The position numbers and the translations under genes are program-made. DNA of 51,307 nt, taken from the NCBI GenBank assembly GCA_027483125.1, contig JAIXVH010000247.1:1-51307 (forward strand), written 5' to 3'. Every line of letters starts with the position of its first letter. Within the stretch, counting starts at the first letter, position 1. This document shows positions 1 to 12,232 of this stretch, piece after piece. Under the pieces are notes generated by a model that saw only the letters and a list, made by a program, of their open reading frames with translations, was not told the DNA's origin and did no database searches. This stretch comes from Acetobacteraceae bacterium. Lineage in GTDB: Bacteria; Pseudomonadota; Alphaproteobacteria; Acetobacterales; Acetobacteraceae.

Positions 1-671
1 CCCGCCAGGAAGCGCTCTACCCAGCGCGCCACAACCGCCCGGTCATCACCCCGCGCGTACGAGGCGAGCGCCGGAGCCGCATGATCGCCCAACGGGGCCA
101 CACGCGCCCGGATCAGATCCTGGCCGAATTCCGGCGTGAACTCGGGATGGAACTGGAAGGAAATCGCATCGCCGTAGTCGAGCCCGGCAAACGGCGTGAA
201 CTCGCTTGCGCAGACCAAACGCGCATCGGCCGGCTTCTCCACCACCTGGTCCTGGTGCATGGCCGCCACGCGAATGCTGGCAGGCGCATCACCCATCCAG
301 GGCGCGGGCGTCACGGCATATTCCTGCAGCCCCACGCCCCAGCCCTTGGGCGATTTCACAACCTGCCCACCGAAAGCCTGGGCCAGGGCCTGGTGCCCGA
401 AGCAGATGCCCACCAGCTTCGCCCGCCCGCGCGCCGCGCGCAGGAAATCGAACAAGGGCGGAATCCAGGGCAGCGGATCATAGACGCCAGCGGGCGAGCC
501 GGTCAGCAGCCAGGCATCGCATTCGGTGGGGCTGTCGGGCAGCACACCATCCAGCACCGGCCAGATGCGCGCGGGCTGCCCCAGCAAGGCGGCCGACATG
601 GCGGCGTAGCTGCCATGCCGTTGCTGGAGTTCGGGCGGCGAGCGGCCGCATTCGAGAATTCCTAAGCGCAT
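1..671 (-). CDS. Type 1 glutamine amidotransferase (GMP synthase-like GATase1), 3' end truncated by window
   Basis: Not in the ORF track; manual translation from ATG 671 gives MRLGILECGRSPPELQQRHGSY...LLTGSPAGVYDPLPWI...GICFGHQ...SFQFHPEF, i.e. the Cys nucleophile and His-Pro-Glu motifs. Confidence 0.85.
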   Translation of the reverse strand, partial: MRLGILECGRSPPELQQRHGSYAAMSAALLGQPARIWPVLDGVLPDSPTECDAWLLTGSPAGVYDPLPWIPPLFDFLRAARGRAKLVGICFGHQALAQAFGGQVVKSPKGWGVGLQEYAVTPAPWMGDAPASIRVAAMHQDQVVEKPADARLVCASEFTPFAGLDYGDAISFQFHPEFTPEFGQDLIRARVAPLGDHAAPALASYARGDDRAVVARWVERFLA

Positions 672-712
672 TCGTCCATCTGCAACCCGCCGCGCCGCTT
701 GGCAACAGCGCG

Positions 713-2011
713 CTACACCTCCCGCGCATCCCGCCAGCGATACAGGTTGAGCATGAAGGGAAAGGCCAAAGGCGCCAGCGCGTGCAGCGCGAGCGGCTTG
801 GGTTCGGTGAATGGCAGGCCAAGCGTGGCGGGGTCACGCCCGGCGATCGCGGCCGCGAATTCCCGGCCCAGTGCGACCGACAGCGCCACCGCCCGCCCAT
901 TGCAGCCGGCCCAGGCATAGGCATCCGGCCCGATGCGGTGCAGCCGCGGCATGAAGTCATCGGTCATGCCGATCTTGCCGCTCCAGACATGGCTGAAGCG
1001 CAGCTCGCCCAGCATCGGCCAGATGCGCGCGAGCCGTCGCGCCACATAGGGCTTCAGCCGCGCCTCGCGGTTGAAGGGCATGGCCAGCGCGCCGCCGGTG
1101 ATGATGCGATGTCGCGCATCATAACGCGCGAACCACAGATCGCCATGCGTGTCGCTCATCGCCGGTCGCGTCGGCATCACCACGCCGCGCAGGTTTTCCG
1201 AGACAGGCTCGCTTGCCATCTGAAAGGACAGCACCGGCACCACCTGCCGCGCCACATCGGGCATCAGCGCGCGGCCGAATTCCTGGGTATAGGCGTTGGT
1301 CGCCATCATCAGCGCGCGCGCGACCATCCGGCCCCGCGGCGTGTGCACCACCCAGCGGCCATCCTCACGCGTGATGCGCGCCACCGGGCTGCGGGCGAAG
1401 ATGCGCGCACCGCGGCCGAGTGCCGCGCGCGCCATGCCGCGTGCCAATGCCAGCGGGTTCACATGCCCACCGCTGCGGTTGAGCCAGGCCCCATGCCAGG
1501 CCTCGGAGCCGAGCAGCGCCCGTGTGGCATCGGCATCGAGCAATTCCACAGGCGCCCCCAGCGCCGACCATTGCCGGTAGCGCCGCTCGGCGATCTTCAT
1601 GCGGCCCGGGCTGTGCACCGGCTGCACCCAGCCGTTCTGCTCGGCCTCCGCCGTAATCCCTTCCTCGCGCACCAGATCGAACAGGATCGCGGCACTGTCG
1701 CGGATCAGATGCGTGAAGCGTTCGCCCGCCGCACCGTGCTGCGCCACGATCTGCTCAGGGTCGGGGCGCGTGAGCGTCGGGATCACCTGGCCATTGTTGC
1801 GCCCCGAGGCACCCCATCCCGGCTCCATCGCCTCCACCACCGCCACATCCAGCCCCTGCCGGCGCAGATGCAGCGCGGTGGACAGGCCGGTGAAGCCCGC
1901 GCCGACCACCGCCACATCGGCCCGCGCCTCACCCTCCAGCGCCGGCAGATCGGGGCCTTCGGGCGTGGCCGCCGCCCAGAGGCTGTCGGGCCATGTCAAC
2001 GCCTGCGCCAT
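713..2011 (-). CDS. FAD-dependent oxidoreductase, DAO/glycine oxidase (PuuB-like) family
   Basis: VVGAGFTGLS dinucleotide motif, GASGRNNG, GCNGRAVA; GGAGG directly upstream of ATG ATG (2014/2011). Confidence 0.85.
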   Translation of the reverse strand: MAQALTWPDSLWAAATPEGPDLPALEGEARADVAVVGAGFTGLSTALHLRRQGLDVAVVEAMEPGWGASGRNNGQVIPTLTRPDPEQIVAQHGAAGERFTHLIRDSAAILFDLVREEGITAEAEQNGWVQPVHSPGRMKIAERRYRQWSALGAPVELLDADATRALLGSEAWHGAWLNRSGGHVNPLALARGMARAALGRGARIFARSPVARITREDGRWVVHTPRGRMVARALMMATNAYTQEFGRALMPDVARQVVPVLSFQMASEPVSENLRGVVMPTRPAMSDTHGDLWFARYDARHRIITGGALAMPFNREARLKPYVARRLARIWPMLGELRFSHVWSGKIGMTDDFMPRLHRIGPDAYAWAGCNGRAVALSVALGREFAAAIAGRDPATLGLPFTEPKPLALHALAPLAFPFMLNLYRWRDAREV

Positions 2012-2084
2012 CATCACCTCCGCGATACGATCTTGCAGTGCGGCAAACGCGGTGCCTAGTATTTCGCAACAACGGAGTGAGGGC

Positions 2085-2873
2085 ATGGTTCCGACGATTG
2101 TCGGCCTGGATCATCTCGTCGTGGCTGTGCGCGACCTGGACGCGGCAGCGGCGGAATGGGCGGCGCTCGGCTTCACCCTCTCGCCGCGCGGGCTGCACAG
2201 CGCGCATATGGGCAGCGGCAATTACACCATGATGTTCGGGCAGGATTACCTCGAACTGCTGGGCGTCATCACGCCGCAGCCGCATAACGAGGCGCTGCGC
2301 GGCTTTCTGGCCCAACGCGAAGGCCTGGAACGCGCCGCCTTCACCACCACCGATGCCGAAGCCGGCGCCGCCGCCCTGCGCGCCCGCGGGCTGGATGCGA
2401 ATGGCCCGGTCCATTTCGGCCGCCCCGTATCGCTGCCCGATGGCGGTTCGGCCGAAGCGCGGTTCAGCGTCTTCCACTGGCCGCGCCACGAAGCACCCGG
2501 CGGCCTGCGCATTTTCGCCTGCCAGCACCACACGCGCGATGCCGTCTGGGTGCCCTCGCTGCAACGCCACGCCAATGGGGTGACGCGCATCAAGCGCGCG
2601 CTGGTTGCCACCGCTGATCCGGCGCGCGCAGCCGCGGAACTCGTCGCGCTGACCGACAGCACGGCGCGCCAGGAAGGCGCGCTGCACCTGGTGGCGACCG
2701 GCCCTGGCCGCGCCGAGATCGGCTTCGCCCCGCGCGCCGCGATCGCGGCGATGGGCGGCATCGATCCAGCACTGCTGCCCGAGGAAGGTGGCGCTGCCAT
2801 GCTGCTCGGCACCCCCACGCCGCGCGCGCCGGCCCTGGCCAGCGGCACGCTCGTCATGTTCGAAACCCCCTGA
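2085..2873 (+). CDS. VOC/glyoxalase-like domain protein
   Basis: LDHLVVAVRDLDAAAAEWAALGF...GSGN...YLELL; start trimmed to ATG 2085 with GGAG/GAGG upstream. Confidence 0.8.
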   Translation: MVPTIVGLDHLVVAVRDLDAAAAEWAALGFTLSPRGLHSAHMGSGNYTMMFGQDYLELLGVITPQPHNEALRGFLAQREGLERAAFTTTDAEAGAAALRARGLDANGPVHFGRPVSLPDGGSAEARFSVFHWPRHEAPGGLRIFACQHHTRDAVWVPSLQRHANGVTRIKRALVATADPARAAAELVALTDSTARQEGALHLVATGPGRAEIGFAPRAAIAAMGGIDPALLPEEGGAAMLLGTPTPRAPALASGTLVMFETP

Positions 2874-2885
2874 AGGAATGCGCCG

Positions 2886-4472
2886 ATGAACCGTCGTGAA
2901 ACCCTGCTGCTGGGTGCGGCCGCCATGCTGCCCGCGCAAGCCCTGGCGCAGGCCGAAACGCCGCGCCGCGGCGGCGTGCTGACGGTGCATTTCGCCACCG
3001 AACAGCGCATCCTGAACCCCTCGCTCCAGGCCTCGACCGGCGTCTACATCGTCGGTGGCAAGATGCAGGAGGCGCTGCTCGACCTCGACGCGCAGGGCAA
3101 CCCGGTGGGCGTGCTGGCCGAGCGCTGGGAGAGTGCGCCGGATGGCCTCACCCACACCTTCCATCTGCGCCGCGGCGTACAATGGCATGACGGGCGGCCC
3201 TTCACCTCGGCGGATGTGCAGTTCACCGCCATGGCGATGTGGAAGCAGATCCTGAACTACGGCACCACGCTGCAGCAGTTCCTGGAAGCGGTGGACACTC
3301 CTGACGCGCACACCGCCGTCTTCCGCTATTCGCGCCCGATGCCGCAGGGGCTGCTGCTGCGGGCCATGCCGGACCTCGGCTACATCTCGCCCAAGCACAT
3401 CTTCGAGACCGGGGATATCCGTCAGAATCCCGCCAATACCGCGCCGATCGGCACCGGCCCCTTCCGCTTCGTGCAGTATGAGCGCGGGCAATTCATCATC
3501 GCCGAGCGCAACCCCAATTACTGGCGCCCCAACCTGCCCTATCTGGACCGCGTGGTCTGGCGCGTCATCACCGATCGCGCGGCGGCTGCGGCGCAGATGG
3601 AAGCGGGCCAGGTGTTGTTCAGCCCCTATTCCTCGCTGGCCATCGCTGATCTGCAACGCCTCGGCCGCGATCCGCGCTTTGAGGTGACGACGCGCGGCAA
3701 CGAAGGCAATGCGCGCACCAACACGCTGGAATTCAACTTCCGTACCGCACAACTGGCCGATATCCGCGTCCGCCGCGCCATAGCGCATGCGCTGAACGTG
3801 CCCTTCTTCATCGAGAATTTCCTGGGGCCCTTCGCGCGGCCCGGCACCGGCCCCATCCCCTCAGTCTCGACCGACCACTACCCGACCGGCGACATGCCGC
3901 AGTATCGCTTCGATGCGGCACTCGCCAACCGCCTGCTGGACGAGGCCGGGCACCGGCGCGGCGCCGGCGGCGTGCGCTTCAGCCTGCGCCTCCACCCCGC
4001 CCCCTGGGGCGAGGATATCGCGCTGTGGTCCACCTTCATCCAGCAATCGCTGAGCCAGGTGGGCATCCGGGTGGAGATCGTGCGCCTCGACGCCGCGGGC
4101 TTCCTGCGCACGGTCTATAACGACCACGCCTTCGACCTCGCGACCGGCTGGCACCAGTACCGCAGCGACCCCGCGGTCAGCACCACGGTCTGGTACCGCT
4201 CCGGCAGCCCGCGCGGCGCCCCCTGGACCAACCAGTTCGGCTGGGTGGACCCGCGCATCGACGGCATCATCGACAATGCCGCGACCGAGGTGGACCCCGC
4301 CCGCCGCCGTGCGCTCTACGCCGAATTCGTGCGCGCGGTGCAGACCGAATTGCCGATCTGGATGCCCATCGAGCAGATCTTCGTCTCGGTGTTCAATCGC
4401 CGGCTGCGCAATGCGGGCAATAATCCGCGCTGGGCCTCCTCCTCCTGGCATGACACCTGGCTGGCTTCTTGA
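2886..4472 (+). CDS. Peptide/nickel-type (family 5) ABC substrate-binding protein
   Basis: Tat-like MNRRE signal; LAERWE..DG...TFHLRRGVQWHDG.PFTSADVQFT; PIGTGPF. Confidence 0.9.
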   Translation: MNRRETLLLGAAAMLPAQALAQAETPRRGGVLTVHFATEQRILNPSLQASTGVYIVGGKMQEALLDLDAQGNPVGVLAERWESAPDGLTHTFHLRRGVQWHDGRPFTSADVQFTAMAMWKQILNYGTTLQQFLEAVDTPDAHTAVFRYSRPMPQGLLLRAMPDLGYISPKHIFETGDIRQNPANTAPIGTGPFRFVQYERGQFIIAERNPNYWRPNLPYLDRVVWRVITDRAAAAAQMEAGQVLFSPYSSLAIADLQRLGRDPRFEVTTRGNEGNARTNTLEFNFRTAQLADIRVRRAIAHALNVPFFIENFLGPFARPGTGPIPSVSTDHYPTGDMPQYRFDAALANRLLDEAGHRRGAGGVRFSLRLHPAPWGEDIALWSTFIQQSLSQVGIRVEIVRLDAAGFLRTVYNDHAFDLATGWHQYRSDPAVSTTVWYRSGSPRGAPWTNQFGWVDPRIDGIIDNAATEVDPARRRALYAEFVRAVQTELPIWMPIEQIFVSVFNRRLRNAGNNPRWASSSWHDTWLAS

Positions 4473-5446
4473 GGGTCCTTCGCCTCGCATTGTGGCGGCT
4501 GGCGGCATCGCTGCCGACGCTGGTGCTGATCCTGGTGGGCATGTTCCTGCTGCTGCAACTGGCACCGGGCGACACCGTGGATGCGCTGATGGCGCAGATG
4601 GGCGGCGGCGATGCCGCAATCGCCGAGGAACTGCGCCGCTTCTACGGCCTCGACCTCGGGATCGCGGCGCGGCTCGGGCAGTATCTGCTGCGGTTGGTCA
4701 CGCTCGATCTCGGCTTCTCGGCGATCTACGGCAAGCCGGTCGCGACCGTCATCCTCGAACGCCTGCCGGCGACCATCCTGTTGATGGTCTCGGCCCTCTC
4801 CTTCGCCTTCAGCTTCGGCATGGTGCTCGGCGTGCTGGCGGCGCGGCGGGTGAACCGCTGGCCGGATACGCTGATCTCCACGCTGGGGCTGATCTTCTAC
4901 GCGACACCCAGCTTCTGGTTCGGCCTGATGGCGATCGTGCTGTTCAGCGTGCATCTGCAATGGCTGCCCGCCGGCGGCTTCTCGGACATCACGCGCGACC
5001 TCACGGGGATTGCCGCCATGCTCGACATCGCGCGGCATCTGGTACTGCCCACGCTGACGCTGGGGCTGATCTTCCTGGCGATCTATCTGCGCATCATGCG
5101 CGCCTCCATGCTGGAGGTGCTGAGCCTGGATTTCGTGCGCACCGCGCGCGCCAAGGGGCTGACGGAAACCCGCGTGGTGGCGCGCCATGTGCTGCGCAAC
5201 GCCATGCTGCCCATGATCACACTGATCGGGCTGCAGGCGGGCACCATGCTGGGCGGGTCGGTGGTGGTGGAGAGCGTCTTCGCCCTGCCCGGCCTCGGCC
5301 GGCTTGCCTATGAAAGCGTGGTGCAGCGGGATCTCAACACGCTGCTCGGCATCGTCTTCGTCTCGGCGCTGCTGGTGATCGCCATCAACTTCCTGGTGGA
5401 CATCCTTTATGCGCGGCTCGACCCGCGCATCTCGGCGGAGAACTGA
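4469..5446 (+). CDS. ABC permease, DppB/OppB-like
   Basis: RLPAT, TARAKGL..HVLRNA EAA loop, VESVFALPGLG. Confidence 0.9.
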   Translation: MRVLRLALWRLAASLPTLVLILVGMFLLLQLAPGDTVDALMAQMGGGDAAIAEELRRFYGLDLGIAARLGQYLLRLVTLDLGFSAIYGKPVATVILERLPATILLMVSALSFAFSFGMVLGVLAARRVNRWPDTLISTLGLIFYATPSFWFGLMAIVLFSVHLQWLPAGGFSDITRDLTGIAAMLDIARHLVLPTLTLGLIFLAIYLRIMRASMLEVLSLDFVRTARAKGLTETRVVARHVLRNAMLPMITLIGLQAGTMLGGSVVVESVFALPGLGRLAYESVVQRDLNTLLGIVFVSALLVIAINFLVDILYARLDPRISAEN

Positions 5447-6275
5447 TGCGCACCCTTCGCGCCTATCTGCGCAGCCCGGCGGCGATGATCGGCAGCGCCA
5501 TCCTGCTGGCGGTGGTGTTCATGGCGCTGACCGCGGGCTGGTTCTTCCCGGCCGACCCGCTGGGCCTGGCCGGCCGGCCGCTGCAATGGCCCGGGGCCAA
5601 TCCACGCTTTCCGCTGGGCACTGATCCGTCGGGGCGCGACATCGCGGCGCAGATCTTCCATGGCGCGCGCATCTCACTGCTGATCGGCTTTGTCGCGACG
5701 TCCATCGCGGTGCTGATCGGCATCGCCATGGGGGCGGTGGCGGGCTTCTATGGCGGCTTCGTGGACACCGCGCTGATGCGCGTGACCGAGGCCTTCCAGA
5801 CCCTGCCCAATTTCCTGCTGCTGCTGGTGCTGGTGGCCGTCTTCGGCAGCACGATCGAGACGGTGACCATCGCCATCGGCCTCGTCTCCTGGCCGCCAGT
5901 GGCGCGGCTGACGCGCGCGGAATTCCTCACGCTGCGCACGCGCGAATTCGTGCAGGCCTGCCGGGTGCAGGGCCTGGGCGATATGCACCTGATCCTGCGC
6001 GAGGTGCTGCCCAATGCGCTGCCGCCGGTGATCGTCTATGCCTCGGTCGTGATGGCCGTCTCGATCCTGCTGGAGAGCGCGCTGGCCTTCCTGCAACTCT
6101 CGGACCCGAACGTGCCATCCTGGGGGAATCTCATTGGGCTGGGGCGCAATGTGCTGCGCGCCGAATGGTATGTCTCGGCCATTCCGGGGGTGGCGATCCT
6201 GCTGACCATCCTGGGCGTTTCGCTGGTGGGCCAGGGGCTGAATGATGCGCTGAACCCGCGCCTGGCCAGCGGCCG

Positions 6276-6279
<4 letters not shown>
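5446..6279 (+). CDS. ABC permease, DppC/OppC-like
   Basis: PLGTDPSGRD, GARISL, REVLPN, PSWG. Confidence 0.9.
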
Positions 6280-7858
<1,579 letters not shown>

Positions 7859-7862
<4 letters not shown>

Positions 7863-8000
7863 AGTTTTTCTCACCAGACGGCACCGGCCCGCACCCCCAC
7901 CCGGCCACCCAATCAAGCATACTGTCGTTGCGTGGCCGGCCAGAGGGGGCTTTGTTGGTGCGGGCCGGTGCCGGTTCAGCGTGAGCAGAAAAAACTCTAG
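7859..8000. repeat. ~140-bp imperfect palindromic element bounded by CTAG (MITE/REP-like)
   Basis: Ends CTAGAGTTTTT...AAAAACTCTAG; internal 16-bp perfect inverted repeat GGCACCGGCCCGCACC / GGTGCGGGCCGGTGCC; inner CCGGCCAC/GTGGCCGG. Confidence 0.7.
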
Positions 8001-8488
8001 GTTTTCGCGGGCAGCGTGCCGAACACGGTCTCGGCTTCGATCTTCAGCACATCATCGGGCCGCGGAAAGGGCGCGGGCTTGGCATCGCCCGGATGCTTCT
8101 CACGCCCGATGCGCGCGAAGAAGGTCTCGAGTCCGCCTGGCAGGATCAGCCACATGAAGGTCATCGGGGCCTTCTCCGATGCCAGAAAGCGGTGCGGGCG
8201 GCCCTTGCCCAGGAAGAAGCAGCTGCCCTTGGCCATGGGGTGCTCCTGGCCCTCGATCAGCGCCGTGCCCTCCCCCTCCAGCACGAAGATCACCTCGTCA
8301 TTCGCGGGATGCACATGTTCGCGCACAAAGCAGCCGGGATCGACCGTCTGCGTGCCCATCGCGAAGGGCGTCTCATTGCCGATCTCGGCCGAGGAGAGGA
8401 TGCAGCGCACGAAGCCATTGGCCGGCACCGGCTGCCAGAAGCTGCGCCCGCCCTCCGGCGGGACGATCACGAGCGGGCTGTCGGGCAT
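7997..8488 (-). CDS. Cupin domain protein
   Basis: EHVHPANDEVIFVLEGEG...PHRF cupin metal motifs. Confidence 0.85.
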   Translation of the reverse strand: MPDSPLVIVPPEGGRSFWQPVPANGFVRCILSSAEIGNETPFAMGTQTVDPGCFVREHVHPANDEVIFVLEGEGTALIEGQEHPMAKGSCFFLGKGRPHRFLASEKAPMTFMWLILPGGLETFFARIGREKHPGDAKPAPFPRPDDVLKIEAETVFGTLPAKT

Positions 8489-8547
8489 GCGTGGCCTCCG
8501 GTGGGAAGACGCAGCATCCGGCGCGGTGGCAGGCGAAGCAAGGGAGA

Positions 8548-8622
8548 TGGTGACCCGTGCGGGAATCGAACCCGCCTTTCAGCTGTGAAAGAGCCGTGTC
8601 CTAACCGATAGACGAACGGGCC
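8548..8622 (-). tRNA. tRNA-Glu(TTC)
   Basis: Reverse complement GGCCCGTTCGTCTATCGGTTAGGACACGGCTCTTTCACAGCTGAAAGGCGGGTTCGATTCCCGCACGGGTCACCA; cloverleaf, TTC anticodon, encoded CCA. Confidence 0.95.
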
Positions 8623-8659
8623 ACTCGAGGGGCGGCATTAGAGGTGCAGCGCCGAGCGG

Positions 8660-10426
8660 TCAATCCCTGCAAGGCGCCGCATCGATCACCTGCAGCCCGG
8701 CGCTGACCGTATCATTCCAGCGTTCCGCACGCAGATGGCCCGCCAGATGCAGAGGCATGCCGCCACTGCGCAGCAGCAATTCCGGCAGCGGGCCTTCCTT
8801 GGCACGGAAGCAGACCGCCTTCAGGCGGCCGCCATCGGCGCCCTCGATGAAGGCGCGAATCACGCTGCCCTCGGCGCCGACGCGATCGGCCTTGACGATT
8901 CGCGCGCGCGGGAAGGCGAAGACCGGTTCCTCATTGGCCGGGCCGAAGGGTGCGAGGCGGCCGATCTGCTCGGCCATGGCGACATCAGCGCCACGCACGG
9001 CCAGCGCGCCGTCCAGCACCAGGTCGGAGGCGGCGGGCAATGTGGCGGCACCGGCCAGCCGCTCATCCAGCAAGGCATGGAATTCCGACAGGCGCGCGGC
9101 ATCCAGCGAGAAACCGGCCGCCATGGCATGCCCGCCGCCGGTCAGCAGCATGCCCTTGGCGCGCGCATAGATGACGGCCGCACCCAGATCCAGGCCGGTG
9201 ATGGAACGCCCCGAACCCTTGGCGATGCCGCCCTCCACCCCCGCCACGCAGGCCGGGCGGTTGAACTTCTCCTTGATGCGGCTGGCGACGATGCCGACCA
9301 CACCCGGGTGCCAGCCAACGCCGGCCACCAGCACCACGCCGCGGCCGGCGGAAAGCTGCGCCTCGGCCTGTTCGAGCGCGTGGTGGAGCACACCGGCTTC
9401 CACCTCCTGCCGGCGGCGATTCACCGCGTCGAGCTTCTCGGCCATCACGCGGGCTTCGACGGGATCGTCGGTCAGCAACAGGCGCAGGCCGAGATCGGGT
9501 TCGGCGATGCGCCCGCCGGCATTGATGCGCGGCCCCAGCGCAAAGCCCAGGGTATGTGCCGTGGGCTCGCCGCGCGTGCCCGCCACATCCATCAGCGCGG
9601 CCAGACCAGGCCGGCCACGCCGCGCCAGCACGCGCAGGCCCTGCGTCACCAGCGCGCGGTTCACGCCCGAGAGCGGCATCACATCGCAGACGGTGGCCAG
9701 CGCCACCAGGTCCAGCGCGCCCATCAGATCCGGCTCGCCGGCCGCGAAGGCGCCGCGCGCGCGCAGCACACGATGCAACGCGACCAATGCCAGGAAGGCC
9801 ACGCCGGCGGCGCACAAGCCGCGCTGGCCGCTGTCGCAATCGAGCCGGTTGGGGTTCACGGCGGCCACCACGGGCGGCGGTGGCCCCTCGGCCTTGTGGT
9901 GGTCCAGCACGACCACATCGGCGCGGCCTTGGGCGGCGGCCAGCGCGTCATGCGCGGCGATGCCGCAATCGACACAGATGATCAGCGTCGCACCGGCATC
10001 GCACAGCGCGGCGATGGCCGGCGCATTGGGGCCGTAGCCCTCCTTCAGGCGGTCCGGCACGTAATGCCGCACCCGCGCGCCCAGCCTTGTCAGCCAACCG
10101 GTGACCAGCGCGCCGCTGCAGGCGCCATCCACATCGTAATCGGCGAAGACGGCGATGCTCTCTGCGCGCTGCACCGCATCGGCCATGCGCGCGGCGGCCA
10201 GTTCCATGTCGCGCAGGCTCGACGGATCGGGCAGCAGCGCGCGCAAGGTGGGTGCCAGGAAATCCTGCGCCGTGTCGGCGCCGATGCCGCGCGCCGCGAG
10301 CAGGCGCCCCAGGATTTCCGGCACATCGAGCCTTTGCGCCAGCATCAGGCCAGCGCGTTCATCCGTCTCGCGCCACAGCCAGCGGCGCCCGGTGACGCTG
10401 GCCGTGATGTCGAGCGCCTCAGGCAA
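8660..10426 (-). CDS. recJ: Single-stranded-DNA exonuclease RecJ
   Basis: DYDVDG, VDCG, LDHH, ATVCDV, GPRINAGGR, GGHAMAAG (DHH/DHHA1). Confidence 0.96.
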   Translation of the reverse strand: MPEALDITASVTGRRWLWRETDERAGLMLAQRLDVPEILGRLLAARGIGADTAQDFLAPTLRALLPDPSSLRDMELAAARMADAVQRAESIAVFADYDVDGACSGALVTGWLTRLGARVRHYVPDRLKEGYGPNAPAIAALCDAGATLIICVDCGIAAHDALAAAQGRADVVVLDHHKAEGPPPPVVAAVNPNRLDCDSGQRGLCAAGVAFLALVALHRVLRARGAFAAGEPDLMGALDLVALATVCDVMPLSGVNRALVTQGLRVLARRGRPGLAALMDVAGTRGEPTAHTLGFALGPRINAGGRIAEPDLGLRLLLTDDPVEARVMAEKLDAVNRRRQEVEAGVLHHALEQAEAQLSAGRGVVLVAGVGWHPGVVGIVASRIKEKFNRPACVAGVEGGIAKGSGRSITGLDLGAAVIYARAKGMLLTGGGHAMAAGFSLDAARLSEFHALLDERLAGAATLPAASDLVLDGALAVRGADVAMAEQIGRLAPFGPANEEPVFAFPRARIVKADRVGAEGSVIRAFIEGADGGRLKAVCFRAKEGPLPELLLRSGGMPLHLAGHLRAERWNDTVSAGLQVIDAAPCRD

Positions 10427-11423
10427 TGAAGGCCGCGGGCTTCAGCGCGAAGTTATGATGGCCTTCGACGTAACGCACCGTGCCCGACTTGCTGCGCATC
10501 ACGATGGAATGGGTATAGGCGCCGCCGCCGAAACGGCGCACGCCCTTCAGCATCGGGCCGGTGGTGACGCCGGTCGCCGCGAACATGACATTGCCGCGGG
10601 CCATTTCTTCCATGCGGAAGATGCGGTGCGGCTCGGTGATGCCCATGGCCTTGGCGCGGGCGATCTGGTCGTCATCCTCGTAGATCAGGCGGCCATACAT
10701 CTGCCCGCCGATGCAGCGCAGGGCGGCTGCGGCCAGCACACCTTCGGGCGCGCCGCCCCAGCCGACATACATGTCCACACCGGCTTCGGGCTGGCTCACG
10801 GCCAGCACGCCCGAGACATCGCCATCGGGGATCAGCATGACGCGCGCGCCGGCCGCACGGCAGGCCTTGAGCAATTCCTTGTGGCGGTCCCGGTCCAGCA
10901 TGCAGACGGTCAGGTCATTCACCGCGCAGTTCTTGGCACGGGCCAATTCGCGCAGGTTTTGCTCCATCGTCGCATCCAGGCTGACCACGCCATCGGGCAG
11001 ACCGGGGCCGATGGCGAGCTTGTCCATGTAGATGTCGGGCGCGTGCAGGAAGCCGCCCTTTTCCGCCAGCGCCACGGTCGCCATCGCATTGGGCGCGCCC
11101 TTGGCGGTGATGGAGGTGCCCTCCAGCGGATCGACCGCGATGTCCATTTCAGGACCACCGCCGGACTTGCCGAAGATGCCAACCTTCTCGCCGATATAGA
11201 GCATCGGCGCCTCATCCATCTCGCCCTCGCCGATGACGACGGTGCCGTCGATCGCCACCGTGTCGAAGGCGCGGCGCATGGCTTCCACCGCGGCACCGTC
11301 AGCCGCGTTCTTGTCGCCCTTGCCGACCCAGTTGGAGGCGGCCAAGGCGGCCGCTTCCGTCACGCGGACCAGTTCAAGTGCTAGGTTGCGATCTGTGACC
11401 TGGCCATCCGTCGGTTGCGACAT
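10419..11423 (-). CDS. glpX: Class II fructose-1,6-bisphosphatase
   Basis: ELVRVTEAAA, VIGEGEMDEAPML, DPLEGT, GGAPEGV; start could be 11435. Confidence 0.96.
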   Translation of the reverse strand: MSQPTDGQVTDRNLALELVRVTEAAALAASNWVGKGDKNAADGAAVEAMRRAFDTVAIDGTVVIGEGEMDEAPMLYIGEKVGIFGKSGGGPEMDIAVDPLEGTSITAKGAPNAMATVALAEKGGFLHAPDIYMDKLAIGPGLPDGVVSLDATMEQNLRELARAKNCAVNDLTVCMLDRDRHKELLKACRAAGARVMLIPDGDVSGVLAVSQPEAGVDMYVGWGGAPEGVLAAAALRCIGGQMYGRLIYEDDDQIARAKAMGITEPHRIFRMEEMARGNVMFAATGVTTGPMLKGVRRFGGGAYTHSIVMRSKSGTVRYVEGHHNFALKPAAFIA

Positions 11424-11496
11424 GCGAAGCTCCATTCCCTGTCGCGCGCCTTCTAGCAGGATAGCGGCGCTGCGCGAGGGGGAGGCGCGGGCTGTG

Positions 11497-12147
11497 TCAG
11501 CCGCGGCGCACCTGCACCAGCGTGAACAGCCCGATCGGCGGGCAGGCCTCGGCCTTGTCAGGCTCGCAGCCTTCGGGAAGCAGGTCGGAGAGCATGAAAT
11601 CCGGGTGCCAACCCAAAACGCGGGCCGCCGGCGCCATGGTGCGCTCGATCCACCAGCGCCAGCCGCGCTCGGCCGCGAAGTGGTTCACGAACAGCATGTG
11701 CCCGCCCGGGCGAACCACGCGCGACATCTCGGCAAACAGCTTATGCGCGTCGGGCACCACGCTCGCGGTGAACATGGCGACCGCGGTGTCGAAGCTGGCC
11801 GGGGCAAAGGCCATGTTCTCGGCATCCATCTCCAGCAGGCCATGGACATGCGACAGTCGCTGTTCGGACACCTTGTCGCGCGCCTTGAGCAGCATGTCGC
11901 GCGAGAGGTCGATGCCCACCACCTCCAGGTCGCGGCGGTATTGCGGCAGGGCGAGGCCGGTGCCCACGCCCACTTCCAGCACGCGCCGGCCAGGCAGGGC
12001 GTTCACGGCCGCGACCGCGCGCTTGCGGCCGAAGGCCGAGACGCCACCGAACACCACGTCATAGACGCCCGCCCAGCGGCGATAGGCCTCGCGCACCGAA
12101 GCAGCATCCAGCGCGGCGCGGTTATGGCCACGTTCGGGTTCTGTCAT
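11497..12147 (-). CDS. pmtA: Class I SAM methyltransferase, phosphatidylethanolamine N-methyltransferase (PmtA-like)
   Basis: AYRRWAGVYDVVFG, VLEVGVGTG, SVVPD, FVNHF, LGWHPDF. Confidence 0.75.
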   Translation of the reverse strand: MTEPERGHNRAALDAASVREAYRRWAGVYDVVFGGVSAFGRKRAVAAVNALPGRRVLEVGVGTGLALPQYRRDLEVVGIDLSRDMLLKARDKVSEQRLSHVHGLLEMDAENMAFAPASFDTAVAMFTASVVPDAHKLFAEMSRVVRPGGHMLFVNHFAAERGWRWWIERTMAPAARVLGWHPDFMLSDLLPEGCEPDKAEACPPIGLFTLVQVRRG

Positions 12148-12232
12148 GCCGATGGTGGGAATGGCGGCGTTCCTCCGGCCCGGGATCGGACGGGGCGGGT
12201 TAACGCCGGGGAAGGTATATGTCCAGATGGTT

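Noticed and set aside
8548-8622. tRNA-Glu as the attachment site of an integrated island
   Set aside because: No integrase and no duplicated tRNA 3' end seen in the window
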